A model generated the notes under the pieces. It was not told the DNA's origin. It made no database searches and saw only the letters and a program-made list of their open reading frames with translations. Shown here piece by piece: positions 1-10,912 of a stretch of DNA of 64,000 nucleotides. The DNA is from Prasinococcaceae sp. CCMP 1430. Lineage: Eukaryota; Plantae; Prasinodermophyta. Made by a program: the position numbers and the translations under genes. The DNA lies in NCBI GenBank assembly GCA_013416795.1, contig RQSC01000019.1:191993-255992 (forward strand). The letters are read 5' to 3'. Every line of letters starts with the position of its first letter. Within the stretch, counting starts at the first letter, position 1.

Positions 1-1
1 G

Positions 2-618
2 GGCAGCGCGGCGGGCGGCGGTGCGCCCGCCGAGCCGTCCCCCGTCAAGCGGCAGCGCGTGCCGTGGCAGCCCGAGGAGGAGGCCGCGCTGCGCAAGGGC
101 GTGCAGCGGCACGGCGCGGGGGGGGCGTGGGCCAAGATCCGCACCGATCCCGAGTTCCAGGCCATCCTCTCGCGGCGCTCGGGGACGCAGCTCAAGGATA
201 AGTGGCGCAACCTCGTCATGCACGGGCACGTCTCCATCGAGGAGATGGGCGCGAACGTGACCACGGAGGCGCTGGCCGCGGCGGCCGCGAAGCGCAGCAG
301 GAGCAAGAATGCGGCGGCCCGCGTCAGGGCCGTCGCGCGCTCGCGCGGCGTGGCCAAGGCGGCCGACGCCGGCTGTGGCAGGGCGCGCAGCGCGCGCTCG
401 CGCGCGCGCTCGGCGAAGACGCCGTCCGCCCAGGCCGCGCTCGCGGCGGCGGCGGCGGCGAACAATCCCCGCCCGACCGGCGCCGCGACCCTCGGGGCGC
501 AGCACGCGGTGGAAATCGCGGCCTACACGCACGCTGCGCAGGGGCAGGGGCACGTCGTGCCGGCGCAACGGCCAGTGGCGCAGCCGATGCAGGTCACGCA
601 AGCGCAGCTCACGGCCAT

Positions 619-651
<33 letters not shown>

Positions 652-864
652 CTTGCAGCAAAAGCAGCAGCAGCAGCAGCAATGCCACGCAGTGCAAGCG
701 CAGTACCAGCAGCAGCACTATGATCAGCACGGACAGTACCAGCCTCAGCAGCAGCAGAGAGGATACGCGTATCACGTGAACATCCAAGTCAATGCTGGCG
801 CTGCGAACCCGCAGACGCAGAAGTACGCGCAGCACCAGCAGGGCCACCAGTCCCTCCCTTACCC

Positions 865-899
<35 letters not shown>

Positions 900-1396
900 G
901 GCGGCTTCCGCAGCAGCAGCAGCAGCAGCAGCAGTACCACCCCCTGCAGGATCAGCAGGCGGGCTTCGAACTTGCGTTTGACTTTGACGACGTCTGCTCC
1001 TACCTGCTGCTCGGCGACGGCACGAGTCCCTCCCTCGAGATAGACGACGATGTTTTCGGGGCCTCTCGAACCACGACGACCAACTCGCGCGAGAGCATGT
1101 GTCGCAGTGGTGGTACGCCTCCGATGACCTCGCAGCACGTGCCGGATGACGCCCAGCCGATCGACATCAAGGGCCTCGTGGACGGCCCAGTGACGGGCAA
1201 CCAGAGCGTCGCGATTGCGCCGGGCGGGCAGCTCGCGCCCGTCGCGGCGCTGGACGTCAAGCCCATCCTGGGCGAGCCGATGTTGGCCAAATCCGTTGCT
1301 GCGTCCCCACCTGCGGCGGGCCTCGTGCCCACCAGTGGCGTCTACCAGCAACAGGCACGAGGGGGCGTGCGTGGCGCGGGCGGGGAAATGCAATAG
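2..1396 (+). CDS. Telomere repeat-binding (TRB/TRF-like telobox) single-Myb protein with polyQ tracts; 5' partial
   Basis: KRQRVPWQPEEEAALRKGVQRHG...W..I..DPEF...L..RS..QLKDKWRNL is the telobox Myb signature. The frame is open back to the window start; stop TAG at 1394-1396. Confidence 0.85.
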
Positions 1397-2578
1397 CCCA
1401 TCGAAGCTGGAGACAGCCGCCGGCAGCAGCGGCGGGAACAGCTGCGACGGCGATCGCAGCGTGGATGCAGGGAAGCATTTCGCAGCAGCAACGCGTGGCG
1501 CGCACGCCGGGGGTCCCTGCTCCAACAGGTCCCCCGCCGGCGGCGCGAGCGTGTGGGCTGCGCGCGCGCCTCGAAGGGCGCGATAATGAACAGTGAAAAT
1601 GACACGAAAGTACGGCCGTGCGACCCATGAGTCGGAGGCACGCCCCACCTGTTGGCCGCTCGGCAAGGGTGCAATGAACACTAAAAGAAAACTTTCTGCA
1701 ATGATCGACGGCGTCCGAAGCGGGGACGCGCTCGCGCACGCGACGCGCCCCGCGCGCGCGCGGCGTCGGCCGCCACACGCCCCCCCCCCGCTCGTCGGGT
1801 GCGTCTGGTGGCGTGGAACGGCGCCGCAACCCCCAAGGCCGCGCCCACAGCCACGCGGCACAGCTATAGAGCAGTCACACCACCACCATCAACGGTAGCT
1901 CCTGTGCTGTACGGTACGGTGCACAGTACTGTATGGGGTTTGATTTGTTTGGGGTTTTGTTTTATAGGGTTTATTTTGTATGCGTGGCACGTGTGCACGT
2001 GCGTCTGTGATGTGATGAGCGCGTGAGCGCGCGCTGAGTGCGCGCGGCGCCGGATTGAGCAGCAGGGGCCTGGGCTGGCGTGCCGGCCGCCACGGGCGGG
2101 CGCCGCTGGCTCGCTCGCCCGCGCGGCGCCTCCGCCCCCGCACCACCCGCACGGCCCCGAGGGAGCGCGGGCGGGGAGGGCGCCAGAGCTGGCGCGGCTG
2201 GCGCAGCTGACGCCGGCGGGCACCCGGGAAGAGGGAGGTGGNNNNNNNNNNNNNNNNNNNNNNNNNNNNNNNNNNNNNNNNNNNNNNNNNNNNNNNNNNN
2301 NNNNNNNNNNNNNNNNNNNNNNCCGACGCCGGCTGTGGCAGGGCGCGCAGCGCGCGCTCGCGCTCGCGCTCGGCGAAGACGCCGTCCGCCCAGGCCGCGC
2401 TCGCGGCGGCGGCGGCGGCGAACAATCCCCGCCCGACCGGCGCCGCGACCCTCGGGGCGCAGCACGCGGTGGAAATCGCGGCCTACACGCACGCTGCGCA
2501 GGGGCAGGGGCACGTCGTGCCGGCGCAACGGCCAGTGGCGCAGCCGATGCAGGTCACGCAAGCGCAGCTCACGGCCAT

Positions 2579-2611
<33 letters not shown>

Positions 2612-2824
2612 CTTGCAGCAAAAGCAGCAGCAGCAGCAGCAATGCCACGCAGTGCAAGCGCAGTACCAGCAGCAGCACTATGATCAGCACGGACAGTACC
2701 AGCCTCAGCAGCAGCAGAGAGGATACGCGTATCACGTGAACATCCAAGTCAATGCTGGCGCTGCGAACCCGCAGACGCAGAAGTACGCGCAGCACCAGCA
2801 GGGCCACCAGTCCCTCCCTTACCC

Positions 2825-2859
<35 letters not shown>

Positions 2860-4237
2860 GGCGGCTTCCGCAGCAGCAGCAGCAGCAGCAGCAGTACCAC
2901 CCCCTGCAGGATCAGCAGGCGGGCTTCGAACTTGCGTTTGACTTTGACGACGTCTGCTCCTACCTGCTGCTCGGCGACGGCACGAGTCCCTCCCTCGAGA
3001 TAGACGACGATGTTTTCGGGGCCTCTCGAACCACGACGACCAACTCGCGCGAGAGCATGTGTCGCAGTGGTGGTACGCCTCCGATGACCTCGCAGCACGT
3101 GCCGGATGACGCCCAGCCGATCGACATCAAGGGCCTCGTGGACGGCCCAGTGACGGGCAACCAGAGCGTCGCGATTGCGCCGGGCGGGCAGCTCGCGCCC
3201 GTCGCGGCGCTGGACGTCAAGCCCATCCTGGGCGAGCCGATGTTGGCCAAATCCGTTGCTGCGTCCCCACCTGCGGCGGGCCTCGTGCCCACCAGTGGCG
3301 TCTACCAGCAACAGGCACGAGGGGGCGTGCGTGGCGCGGGCGGGGAAATGCAATAGCCCATCGAAGCTGGAGACAGCCGCCGGCAGCAGCGGCGGGAACA
3401 GCTGCGACGGCGATCGCAGCGTGGATGCAGGGAAGCATTTCGCAGCAGCAACGCGTGGCGCGCACGCCGGGGGTCCCTGCTCCAACAGGTCCCCCGCCGG
3501 CGGCGCGAGCGTGTGGGCTGCGCGCGCGCCTCGAAGGGCGCGATAATGAACAGTGAAAATGACACGAAAGTACGGCCGTGCGACCCATGAGTCGGAGGCA
3601 CGCCCCACCTGTTGGCCGCTCGGCAAGGGTGCAATGAACACTAAAAGAAAACTTTCTGCAATGATCGACGGCGTCCGAAGCGGGGACGCGCTCGCGCACG
3701 CGACGCGCCCCGCGCGCGCGCGGCGCTCCCGCGTGCGCGGTCGCTGCGCGCGCGCGCGGCGTCGGCCGCCACACGCCCCCCCCCCGCTCGTCGGGTGCGT
3801 CTGGTGGCGTGGAACGGCGCCGCAACCCCCAAGGCCGCGCCCACAGCCACGCGGCACAGCTATAGAGCAGTCACACCACCACCATCAACGGTAGCTCCTG
3901 TGCTGTACGGTACGGTGCACAGTACTGTATGGGGTTTGATTTGTTTGGGGTTTTGTTTTATAGGGTTTATTTTGTATGCGTGGCACGTGTGCACGTGCGT
4001 CTGTGATGTGATGAGCGCGTGAGCGCGCGCTGAGTGCGCGCGGCGCCGGATTGAGCAGCAGGGGCCTGGGCTGGCGTGCCGGCCGCCACGGGCGGGCGCC
4101 GCTGGCTCGCTCGCCCGCGCGGCGCCTCCGCCCCCGCACCACCCGCACGGCCCCGAGGGAGCGCGGGCGGGGAGGGCGCCAGAGCTGGCGCGGCTGGCGC
4201 AGCTGACGCCGGCGGGCACCCGGGAAGAGGGAGGTGG
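363..4237 (+). repeat. Near-identical direct duplication (363-2241 vs 2323-4237) flanking N gap 2242-2322; probable assembly artefact
   Basis: The copies match except for one substitution (~403 vs ~2364) and a 36-bp indel near 3721-3756 between (CG)n runs. Confidence 0.9.
2323..3356 (+). CDS. Duplicate partial copy of the TRB-like gene (no Myb domain)
   Basis: Translation matches the C-terminal part of 2-1396 and starts at the gap. Confidence 0.5.
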
Positions 4238-4505
4238 GGGGGGGCGAGGGCCGGGGACGGGCGGGGGGGTGAGGGGCGTGAGGCCGCGGCGGGGGCGGGC
4301 GCTACAGAGAGAGCGGCCGGGCCTATCCGCGCGCGAGAGAGAGAGAGCCGACGGCGGCGGTGGCGGCGCGGGTGCAAGCGCGGGGAACGGGGTAAGGCGG
4401 TGGCCGGCGCTAGTCACAGGCGCAAGCAAGAGGTGCGGAGACGAAGCGAGAAAGCGTCCGGAAAAGAAGGGCGGCCGGGCCGAGACTACACCCAAAAATA
4501 GCGCC

Positions 4506-6100
4506 ATGGCGGCGACTGTGGTTCGTGGTGGGCGTCGAGCGGGTCGCGGCAGGACATGGGAGGCGCGCGGAGTGATTGTGGCGAGCATCCTCGCGCTCGC
4601 GGTACAACGCGCGAGCGCGAGCTTCACGCGCGAGAGCGCGAGCTTCGCGCGACGCATGCTCGCCCCGCCGCAGCCCGAGTCGCAGCTGTCATACGAGGAC
4701 GCTCGTGCCTCTGCCAGTGGTAGTGGTGGCACTGCCGCTGGGAAGGAGGAGCTGCCCCCGCCGCGCTTGTGCATCCTCGACCGTTTCGGCGTCGAGGGGT
4801 CGGGCGTGAGCGAGAACGAGTTCCTCACTCGCCTCGACATCGCCATGGCGGACAACATGCGCATTTACAAATTCTTGAGCTACTCACGGCCCCTTGCGGA
4901 CCGCGTGTTCACTCCAGAGCATGACACGCTCTTCAAGGGCACGGACGCTGCCGTCATCGAAGAGACGCAGGGGCCCCTCCTGTCCGAGAGGCCCCCGGTG
5001 AGCGACTACGCCGAGCGCTGGCAGTACCCGTACGTGAGCCCACCGACATATCCGTACGGCCCGTGTGCGGCCGACCTCATCGCACAGTCGCAGGCGCCGG
5101 CCTCGAAGTGGCTCATGGTGAGCGGGCGGTCGCGCACGTACTTCATCTCCAATAACGACAAGCTCGGGTGCCTCGGGCGCGCGGTGGGCGCCGCGAGCTC
5201 CGACAAGCCGACCGTGCTGCTCATGGACGACAACCCGCACTCGTCTCAGCTGAATGAGACGCTCATGCAGGAGTGGCGGGACACCGGCGACACGGGCTTC
5301 AGGTGCGCTGCGCCGACTGCCCAGCCGGGCGCGAGCTCCGCGTTGCGCGCGCGCGCCTCGCGCTCTGGTGCTGACGGCGCAGTCCCGGACGTTGCGCGTG
5401 CAATACTAGGCGGGTCTTCATGATGGCCAAGGATTCCGAAGTGCCCTGCGTCCACACCATGCCGATGACGCTCGACACCAGCTACACGGCACGCACGTCC
5501 CAGTTGTACACCTTCGCCGCCGCAGTTCGCAACGCAAAGCTGTCGCCGTCTCACAAGAACGCGCGCGTGCCCGTGCTGGCGGCGTGGGGCGCGCGCAAGG
5601 GGTGGACCAACGGCTCGCCGATGGCGCAGGAGCTCGAGGGCGTTCTCCAGAGCGGCATGTGGGAAGGGCTCGTCGAGAGGCGCACCATTCCCAGCCCTGG
5701 GTATTGGCCGGAGCTCTCGAAGTACCACTTCATGCTAAGCCCTCACGGCTTGGGCGTGCAGAGCCCCAAGTTCTTCGAAGCGCTGCTCCTGTACGTCATA
5801 CCCATCACCAAGCGGATCCCGGCCTTCGAGGACCTCGTGGCGTACGGCTACCCAATGGTGCTCGTGGACGACTGGGCGGAGGTGACTGAAGAGAACCTCG
5901 AGCGCTGGTGGGCGGAGCTGTCGCCCAAATTACCCGCGGCGCGCTGGGGAGTGACGAACGAGGGCATCCTCTCGCTGCTGCTGGGCGAGTGCGGGCCCGC
6001 GCCGGCACCGACAGCCGGCGGCGCGCCCGCACCTGCTGTACCCATGAGCAGTCTGAGCGCCCGCGCGAATGCGCTCGCCTCACTGGGCGCCACGGGCTGA
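4506..6100 (+). CDS. Exostosin/GT47-like glycosyltransferase; intron 5303-5409
   Basis: N-terminal signal-anchor VIVASILALAV. The GTGCGC...CTGAC...TAG intron joins two ORFs in frame (GF-R-RVFMM). C-terminal YWPELSKYHFMLSPHGLGVQSPKFFEALLLYVIPI resembles the exostosin-family motif. Confidence 0.7.
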
Positions 6101-6225
6101 GAAAAGCGACACGACGCACGTACATAGATGCGATGTACGTGCTAGGTTACTCTCGGCCGCTAGCGCGCGCGCCGGCTTGTCGTAAAACTTCGTTGTCGCG
6201 TAGACGATCGCACGGGGGACCGCGC

Positions 6226-7182
6226 TCACGCCGTGGCGATGCCCTTGAAGTAGTGCACTGTGATGATCAGCATCGTGGTCATCAGCATGACCACGGGGCT
6301 GTTGATGTTGCTCGCGAGGGCGGGCAAGTAGCCAATCACCAGCACGGCGGCCGCCTCGATCGTGAAGAGCTTGGCCAGGAAGGACTTCTGCACCTCGAAG
6401 AGCATGCCGAGGCCACACACCAGGTTCAGGACACCGGACGCCTTGGTCGTAAGCACGTCGAACATCGGCTTCGCTACCGGTGCGATCCAGTCAGGATGGG
6501 GTGCGACTGCCCCCAAGGCACTTCCCATTGCCGCTGTGTGCGCGTCCGTGGAAAGAGGGGTGCGCGCGAGGTGCGAGAAGAGCGCTGTCAGCGGAAAGGA
6601 CATCGGGGGCCTGCAACCGGGAGCTCTGGCCGCATCTACCTGTACTGTAGAGCTACGCCGCGAGGGCGCAGCTTCACGCGCATCGGTGCTGCGTTGGTGT
6701 TGACATGACAGCGCGACACGAGACGCACCGGGGTCGGTGAGCTTCAAGTACGCGAGGCCGAAGGTGATCGACAGCAGAGCCGCCTTGGTGAGAAAGGCCA
6801 CCGCGCCGTCCACGGAGCCAGTCGCATCCTGAGCCACGCGTGAGCGCGTCGATGGTGCTCCCGACAGTCAGCGGCGAACGCCCCTCGGGCACGGGCGGCG
6901 CTTGTGTGCTCGCTCGCAATGCCGCTCATCACTTCGTCGTGCGGCACAGGACCCGCTGAGAACGACAACTGCCTAGCTAGCGCACGCACGCCCGGTCATC
7001 GATGCACTCACCTTCACCGTGGTGACGACGGGGTTGACCAGGGTCTCCTTGACGCTCTCCACGGAGACGGCCATCGCCGCGGGCGGCGCGCGGCGGCGGT
7101 GCCTGGCCACGCGCGCGCGAGGTCGAGGGCGCGCGGCCGCCACCGGGGGCGCGGCGCGGGAGGAGAGCGTTGAGAGCGACAT
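6226..7182 (-). CDS. Probable plastid-targeted multi-pass membrane protein; introns 6829-7011 and 6534-6728
   Basis: Ser/Arg/Ala-rich transit-like N-terminus, GTGAGT and GTGCGT donors, CTGAC branch points, in-frame joins and about 4 hydrophobic segments. Confidence 0.65.
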
Positions 7183-8072
7183 GGCGGAACGCGGGTCACC
7201 CGGGGACGGCGGCGCGGGCGCGTCGGAGCGGCGGAGTAGCGGTGGCCGTACTCGCAGCGCGCGTGTCGTGTGGCACGACTCCCGCCCCCGGACTCAGCCC
7301 CTACCCACCCACCCACCCACCCACCACCCCTCGCACCGCACGCGCGGGCGCGCGCGGCGGAGGCGTCCGGGCGGAGGGAGCGCGTTGGCGCTGCCCGCAC
7401 AGCGCCAGCCGCGCGCGCGCGCGCGGATTCTGTTACGCGCTGCTAACATTTTCCCGGATTTATTTTTTTTGGTTTCACCTCCGATTCGCGTGCGATTTGA
7501 CCACGCGCGCGCCGGCCGCGCGCGCGGCCGCATGCCGGTTAGCTGACGCCGCCCCGCGGCGTGACGCGCGGCGGCACCGGTCCCCTTGGCCCCGCGCACA
7601 CGTGGGCCCGCCGCGTGCGAGGCGGCAGGCCCGCCCGAGCGACCTGACCCGACGTCGGCCGACCGGGGTGCGCGAGAACTGGCAGCAGCCATCCCGACAC
7701 GGCAAGGACGGGGAGGGGAGCGGGATGCATGCGCAATTTGCGCTTCGCGCGGGCGATGCGAGCGGATAAGATTGCGTGCGGAATCGGTACCGGTGTGGCT
7801 GTAGGCTGCAATCTATGATGACAGCAGCAGCACACACATGATATGGCTGCGAGTGCCAGCCAGGGTGGCACGCCCATGAACGTCCACGCCCAGCGTTCAA
7901 AGTCACGTGCTTCGTCATGGACCGTCACACGGAACGCAGGCGCTCTTCGCGTCCTCCCACGCGCGGCGCTGGGGAACGCGTGACGTGCGCGCACTTGGCT
8001 CACTCTCGTCGGCGAGCGCGATACCGGCATACATACTGTACTCTGATCTGAAGCGTGGAACACAGGCGGTTC

Positions 8073-9818
8073 CTACGTGGCGAGAAGGACTGCTCGATGG
8101 CGGCGCGCGCGCCCTCGCAGCGCGAAGAGCGCCACCGCCGCGACGACGCCGAGGAGCACCACGCCCGTCTCACGCGCGGTGATCAGCGGCGGGGCGAGGG
8201 CCGCCGCCCGCGCCTTCGCTCCTACCCGCGCTCCCCCCGACGTCCGCGCCGCAGCTCGTCCGTCCGCCCACCCGTCGCCCACCGTGCCCGAGGCAGCTTC
8301 CGCGCGCTCCACGACTATCAGCGCGTGCCCGTGCGGCGGCACCGCTCTGGCGACGTACTCCCCCACAAATTCGCCGAGGTCGCGCCGTGACCACGCGTCA
8401 CGCACTCGCATTCGAGCGCCAGCGTCGAAACCCACGGCGGCGGCGCCGATGGCGCGAGCGCGTGCGGTCTCTGCGCGCTGGGCGGCAGCGCACGCGCACG
8501 CGCACGACTCCATCATGTACCCGGCGTTGCGCTCGCACTCGCCCGAAGCGGCCCAATCGGAGCATGCCGAGTTCTTGTCGTGTGCTGCGCACGCGTCCGC
8601 AGCACCACCAGGCTGCGTGCTCGCTGCGACGGCAGCGTGCTCGGCCGCGTCGGCCAGCGCCGCTGCAACGTCGCCGCTCCACGTTGCGCGCACGTCGCGC
8701 ACTGCCTCGGCGCGGTTGAGCAGCAGCAACGCCACGCGTCCGTCCGCGAGCGCTTTCGACCACACCTGCACCTCGCCGCCGTCAGCGCTGCTCGTGGGGC
8801 GCCCCTGGATGCCCAACGCGTCCTGGTCAATCGCCAGGACCTCCTCGGCCGTGAGGATCTCGAGCGTGCCTGCGCTGACGTCCTCGTTCGCGAGATCGTT
8901 TCCAAGCATAAGCGGCGCGGCCATAATCGACCAGAGCGCAAAGTGGGAGCGCTGCTCCTCGAAAGTCAGGCCGCCAACGTAGCCCCAGCGCTCGCGCGTG
9001 ATGTACTCGCCAGGCTTGCAGTCAGGCACCGCCGGAGGGCACTTGTCGACGATGCCGTACGGGGTCATTCCCCGCTCGAGGCCGACCACGAGCATGTCCG
9101 GGTCGTTAAATCCGCCCGGGCCTGCGAACCTGGCGAGCCGTGCCTGATTGTCCGCCGCCTCGAGCACTGACTGCAGATAGTTCGGCAGGCCCAGCGCCTT
9201 CACCGCCGTGCCATCCCACGCCGCGAAGAGATCGCGTCCGGTTCGCCACGAGTGCCCGACCGTGGCGCCCCACTGCCACGGCGCGCCTGCGCCCCACGAG
9301 CACAGGCTGAAGCGGATGTCCCGCCCAGTGGACTGCAGAGCGCGCGCCATTCGCGAGTACGCCTCGCGCGCCGGCCTCTTATCGTTGCAAAAGTCGTATT
9401 TGAGGAAGTCGACGCCCCACGACGCGTAGGTGGCGGCGTCCAGCTCCTCGTACCCCTGCGACCCGGGGAAGCCTTCGCAGGTGGTCAGCCCAGAGTCCGA
9501 GTAGATGCCGAACTTGAGGCCACGCTCGTGCACGGCATCGGCCACCGCCGCCATCCCAAACGGGAACTTGGCGGCGTCGGGCACGATGCCGCCGCTGGCG
9601 TCGCGGCTGGCCATCCAGCAGTCGTCGATCACCACCGTGTCGTATCCCGCGCGCGCCAGCCCCGACGACACGAGCTTGTCGGCCGCGCGCAGCACCGCGT
9701 CGTGCGACAGCCCCTCGCACCGCAGCGAATTCCAGCTGTTCCAGCCCATCGCTGGCCGCCCGCCCGCGCCCTCGGCGCCACCCAGCGCGTTGGCGTCGCG
9801 GCCGACCGCCGCCGCCAG
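8073..9818 (-). CDS. GH27 alpha-galactosidase with inserted ShK domain and C-terminal TM anchor; true 5' end obscured
   Basis: PAMGWNSWN, VIDDCW, KFGIYSD, WGVDFLKYDFC, GGFNDPDMLVVG and HFALWSIMAAPLMLGND motifs. Confidence 0.9.
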   Translation of the reverse strand: MAAAVGRDANALGGAEGAGGRPAMGWNSWNSLRCEGLSHDAVLRAADKLVSSGLARAGYDTVVIDDCWMASRDASGGIVPDAAKFPFGMAAVADAVHERGLKFGIYSDSGLTTCEGFPGSQGYEELDAATYASWGVDFLKYDFCNDKRPAREAYSRMARALQSTGRDIRFSLCSWGAGAPWQWGATVGHSWRTGRDLFAAWDGTAVKALGLPNYLQSVLEAADNQARLARFAGPGGFNDPDMLVVGLERGMTPYGIVDKCPPAVPDCKPGEYITRERWGYVGGLTFEEQRSHFALWSIMAAPLMLGNDLANEDVSAGTLEILTAEEVLAIDQDALGIQGRPTSSADGGEVQVWSKALADGRVALLLLNRAEAVRDVRATWSGDVAAALADAAEHAAVAASTQPGGAADACAAHDKNSACSDWAASGECERNAGYMMESCACACAAAQRAETARARAIGAAAVGFDAGARMRVRDAWSRRDLGEFVGEYVARAVPPHGHALIVVERAEAASGTVGDGWADGRAAARTSGGARVGAKARAAALAPPLITARETGVVLLGVVAAVALFALRGRARRHRAVLLAT

Positions 9819-9954
9819 CAGCACGCCGAGCAGCGGCACTTCGGGCAGCGAGACGGCGGAGGAGCGGTCGTCCACCAGCAGGATCTCGTCGCAGGCCAGC
9901 GCCAGTTCGTAGCCGCCGCCGGCGCAGGCGCCGTTCACGGCCGCGAGGAACTTC
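9819..9954 (-). other. boxC: Bacterial crotonase-family fragment resembling benzoyl-CoA-dihydrodiol lyase BoxC, at a gap edge
   Basis: KFLAAVNGACAGGGYELALACDEILLVDDRSSAVSLPEVPLLGVL matches my recollection of the BoxC sequence. Confidence 0.75.
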
Positions 9955-10090
9955 NNNNNNNNNNNNNNNNNNNNNNNNNNNNNNNNNNNNNNNNNNNNNN
10001 NNNNNNNNNNNNNNNNNNNNNNNNNNNNNNNNNNNNNNNNNNNNNNNNNNNNNNNNNNNNNNNNNNNNNNNNNNNNNNNNNNNNNNNNNN

Positions 10091-10810
10091 CGGTGGTCCC
10101 TGCAGTGTGCGCGGACGTGCCGTGGCGCGGCGGCGACGGGTGCCGACGCGGCCGAGGCACGGAGGCTGTGCAGCGCGGCGGTGGCGGCGCGCGGCGGCGC
10201 GGCGGTGGCGCGGAATGAAGCCGCGGGAACGTGGGCGCTCGCCTGGTGCGACCCCGGGGTGGAGGCGTTCCGCGCGAGCCCGTTCTTCTGGGCGCTGGAG
10301 GGGTCGGTCGGGCGCGACGCCGCCTTCCCGCTGGTGGGCGGCGGCGTAGCCGACGTGTTCGAGTTCACGGGAAGCATACCAGGCGTGCGCGTCGGCGAGG
10401 CGCGGCAGGAGCTCGCGCTGCCTGGCGACGGCGACGACGGTGCGCCCGCCGGCGGCAGGCTGACCAGTGAGGTCGACCTCCAGCTCATGAGCAAGAGTCG
10501 CGCCTGGCCTCTGGAGTTGCGTGGGGCGATGCGCACCGAGTGCGCCGTCGAGGGCACGCGCGCAGCGACCAACGGCGGCGCCCTGGTCGTCGCGCTGCGC
10601 GTTGAGAGCACCGCGGTGGCCGACACGGCGGGCCAGCCGCTCGCAGCGGCGCTCGCGGGCGCGGCCTTCCCGAGCGGAGATGCGCTTAGCGAGCCACGCG
10701 TGGAGATGGTCGTCGAGCACGCTGACGAGCTCGTCCGCATCACTCGCGTGCCTGCGTGCGCCTCGCTGGCGGGCGGTGGCGGGCTGCTCTTCGTCCACGT
10801 GAGGCGGTAG
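10091..10810 (+). CDS. PAP/fibrillin-like plastid lipid-associated protein; 5' partial (gap)
   Basis: GTWALAW...FRASPFFW motif and lipocalin-like end (EHADELVRITR...LFV). Confidence 0.55.
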   Translation, partial: RWSLQCARTCRGAAATGADAAEARRLCSAAVAARGGAAVARNEAAGTWALAWCDPGVEAFRASPFFWALEGSVGRDAAFPLVGGGVADVFEFTGSIPGVRVGEARQELALPGDGDDGAPAGGRLTSEVDLQLMSKSRAWPLELRGAMRTECAVEGTRAATNGGALVVALRVESTAVADTAGQPLAAALAGAAFPSGDALSEPRVEMVVEHADELVRITRVPACASLAGGGGLLFVHVRR

Positions 10811-10912
10811 GCGCGCACGCGCACACGCGCAGCGCTGACGGCTGTGTGTACAAAATATTTAATAAGAGTGCGAGCGCCGCGCCGGCCCTCGCTGTTGTGT
10901 GATCGCCTGCCT

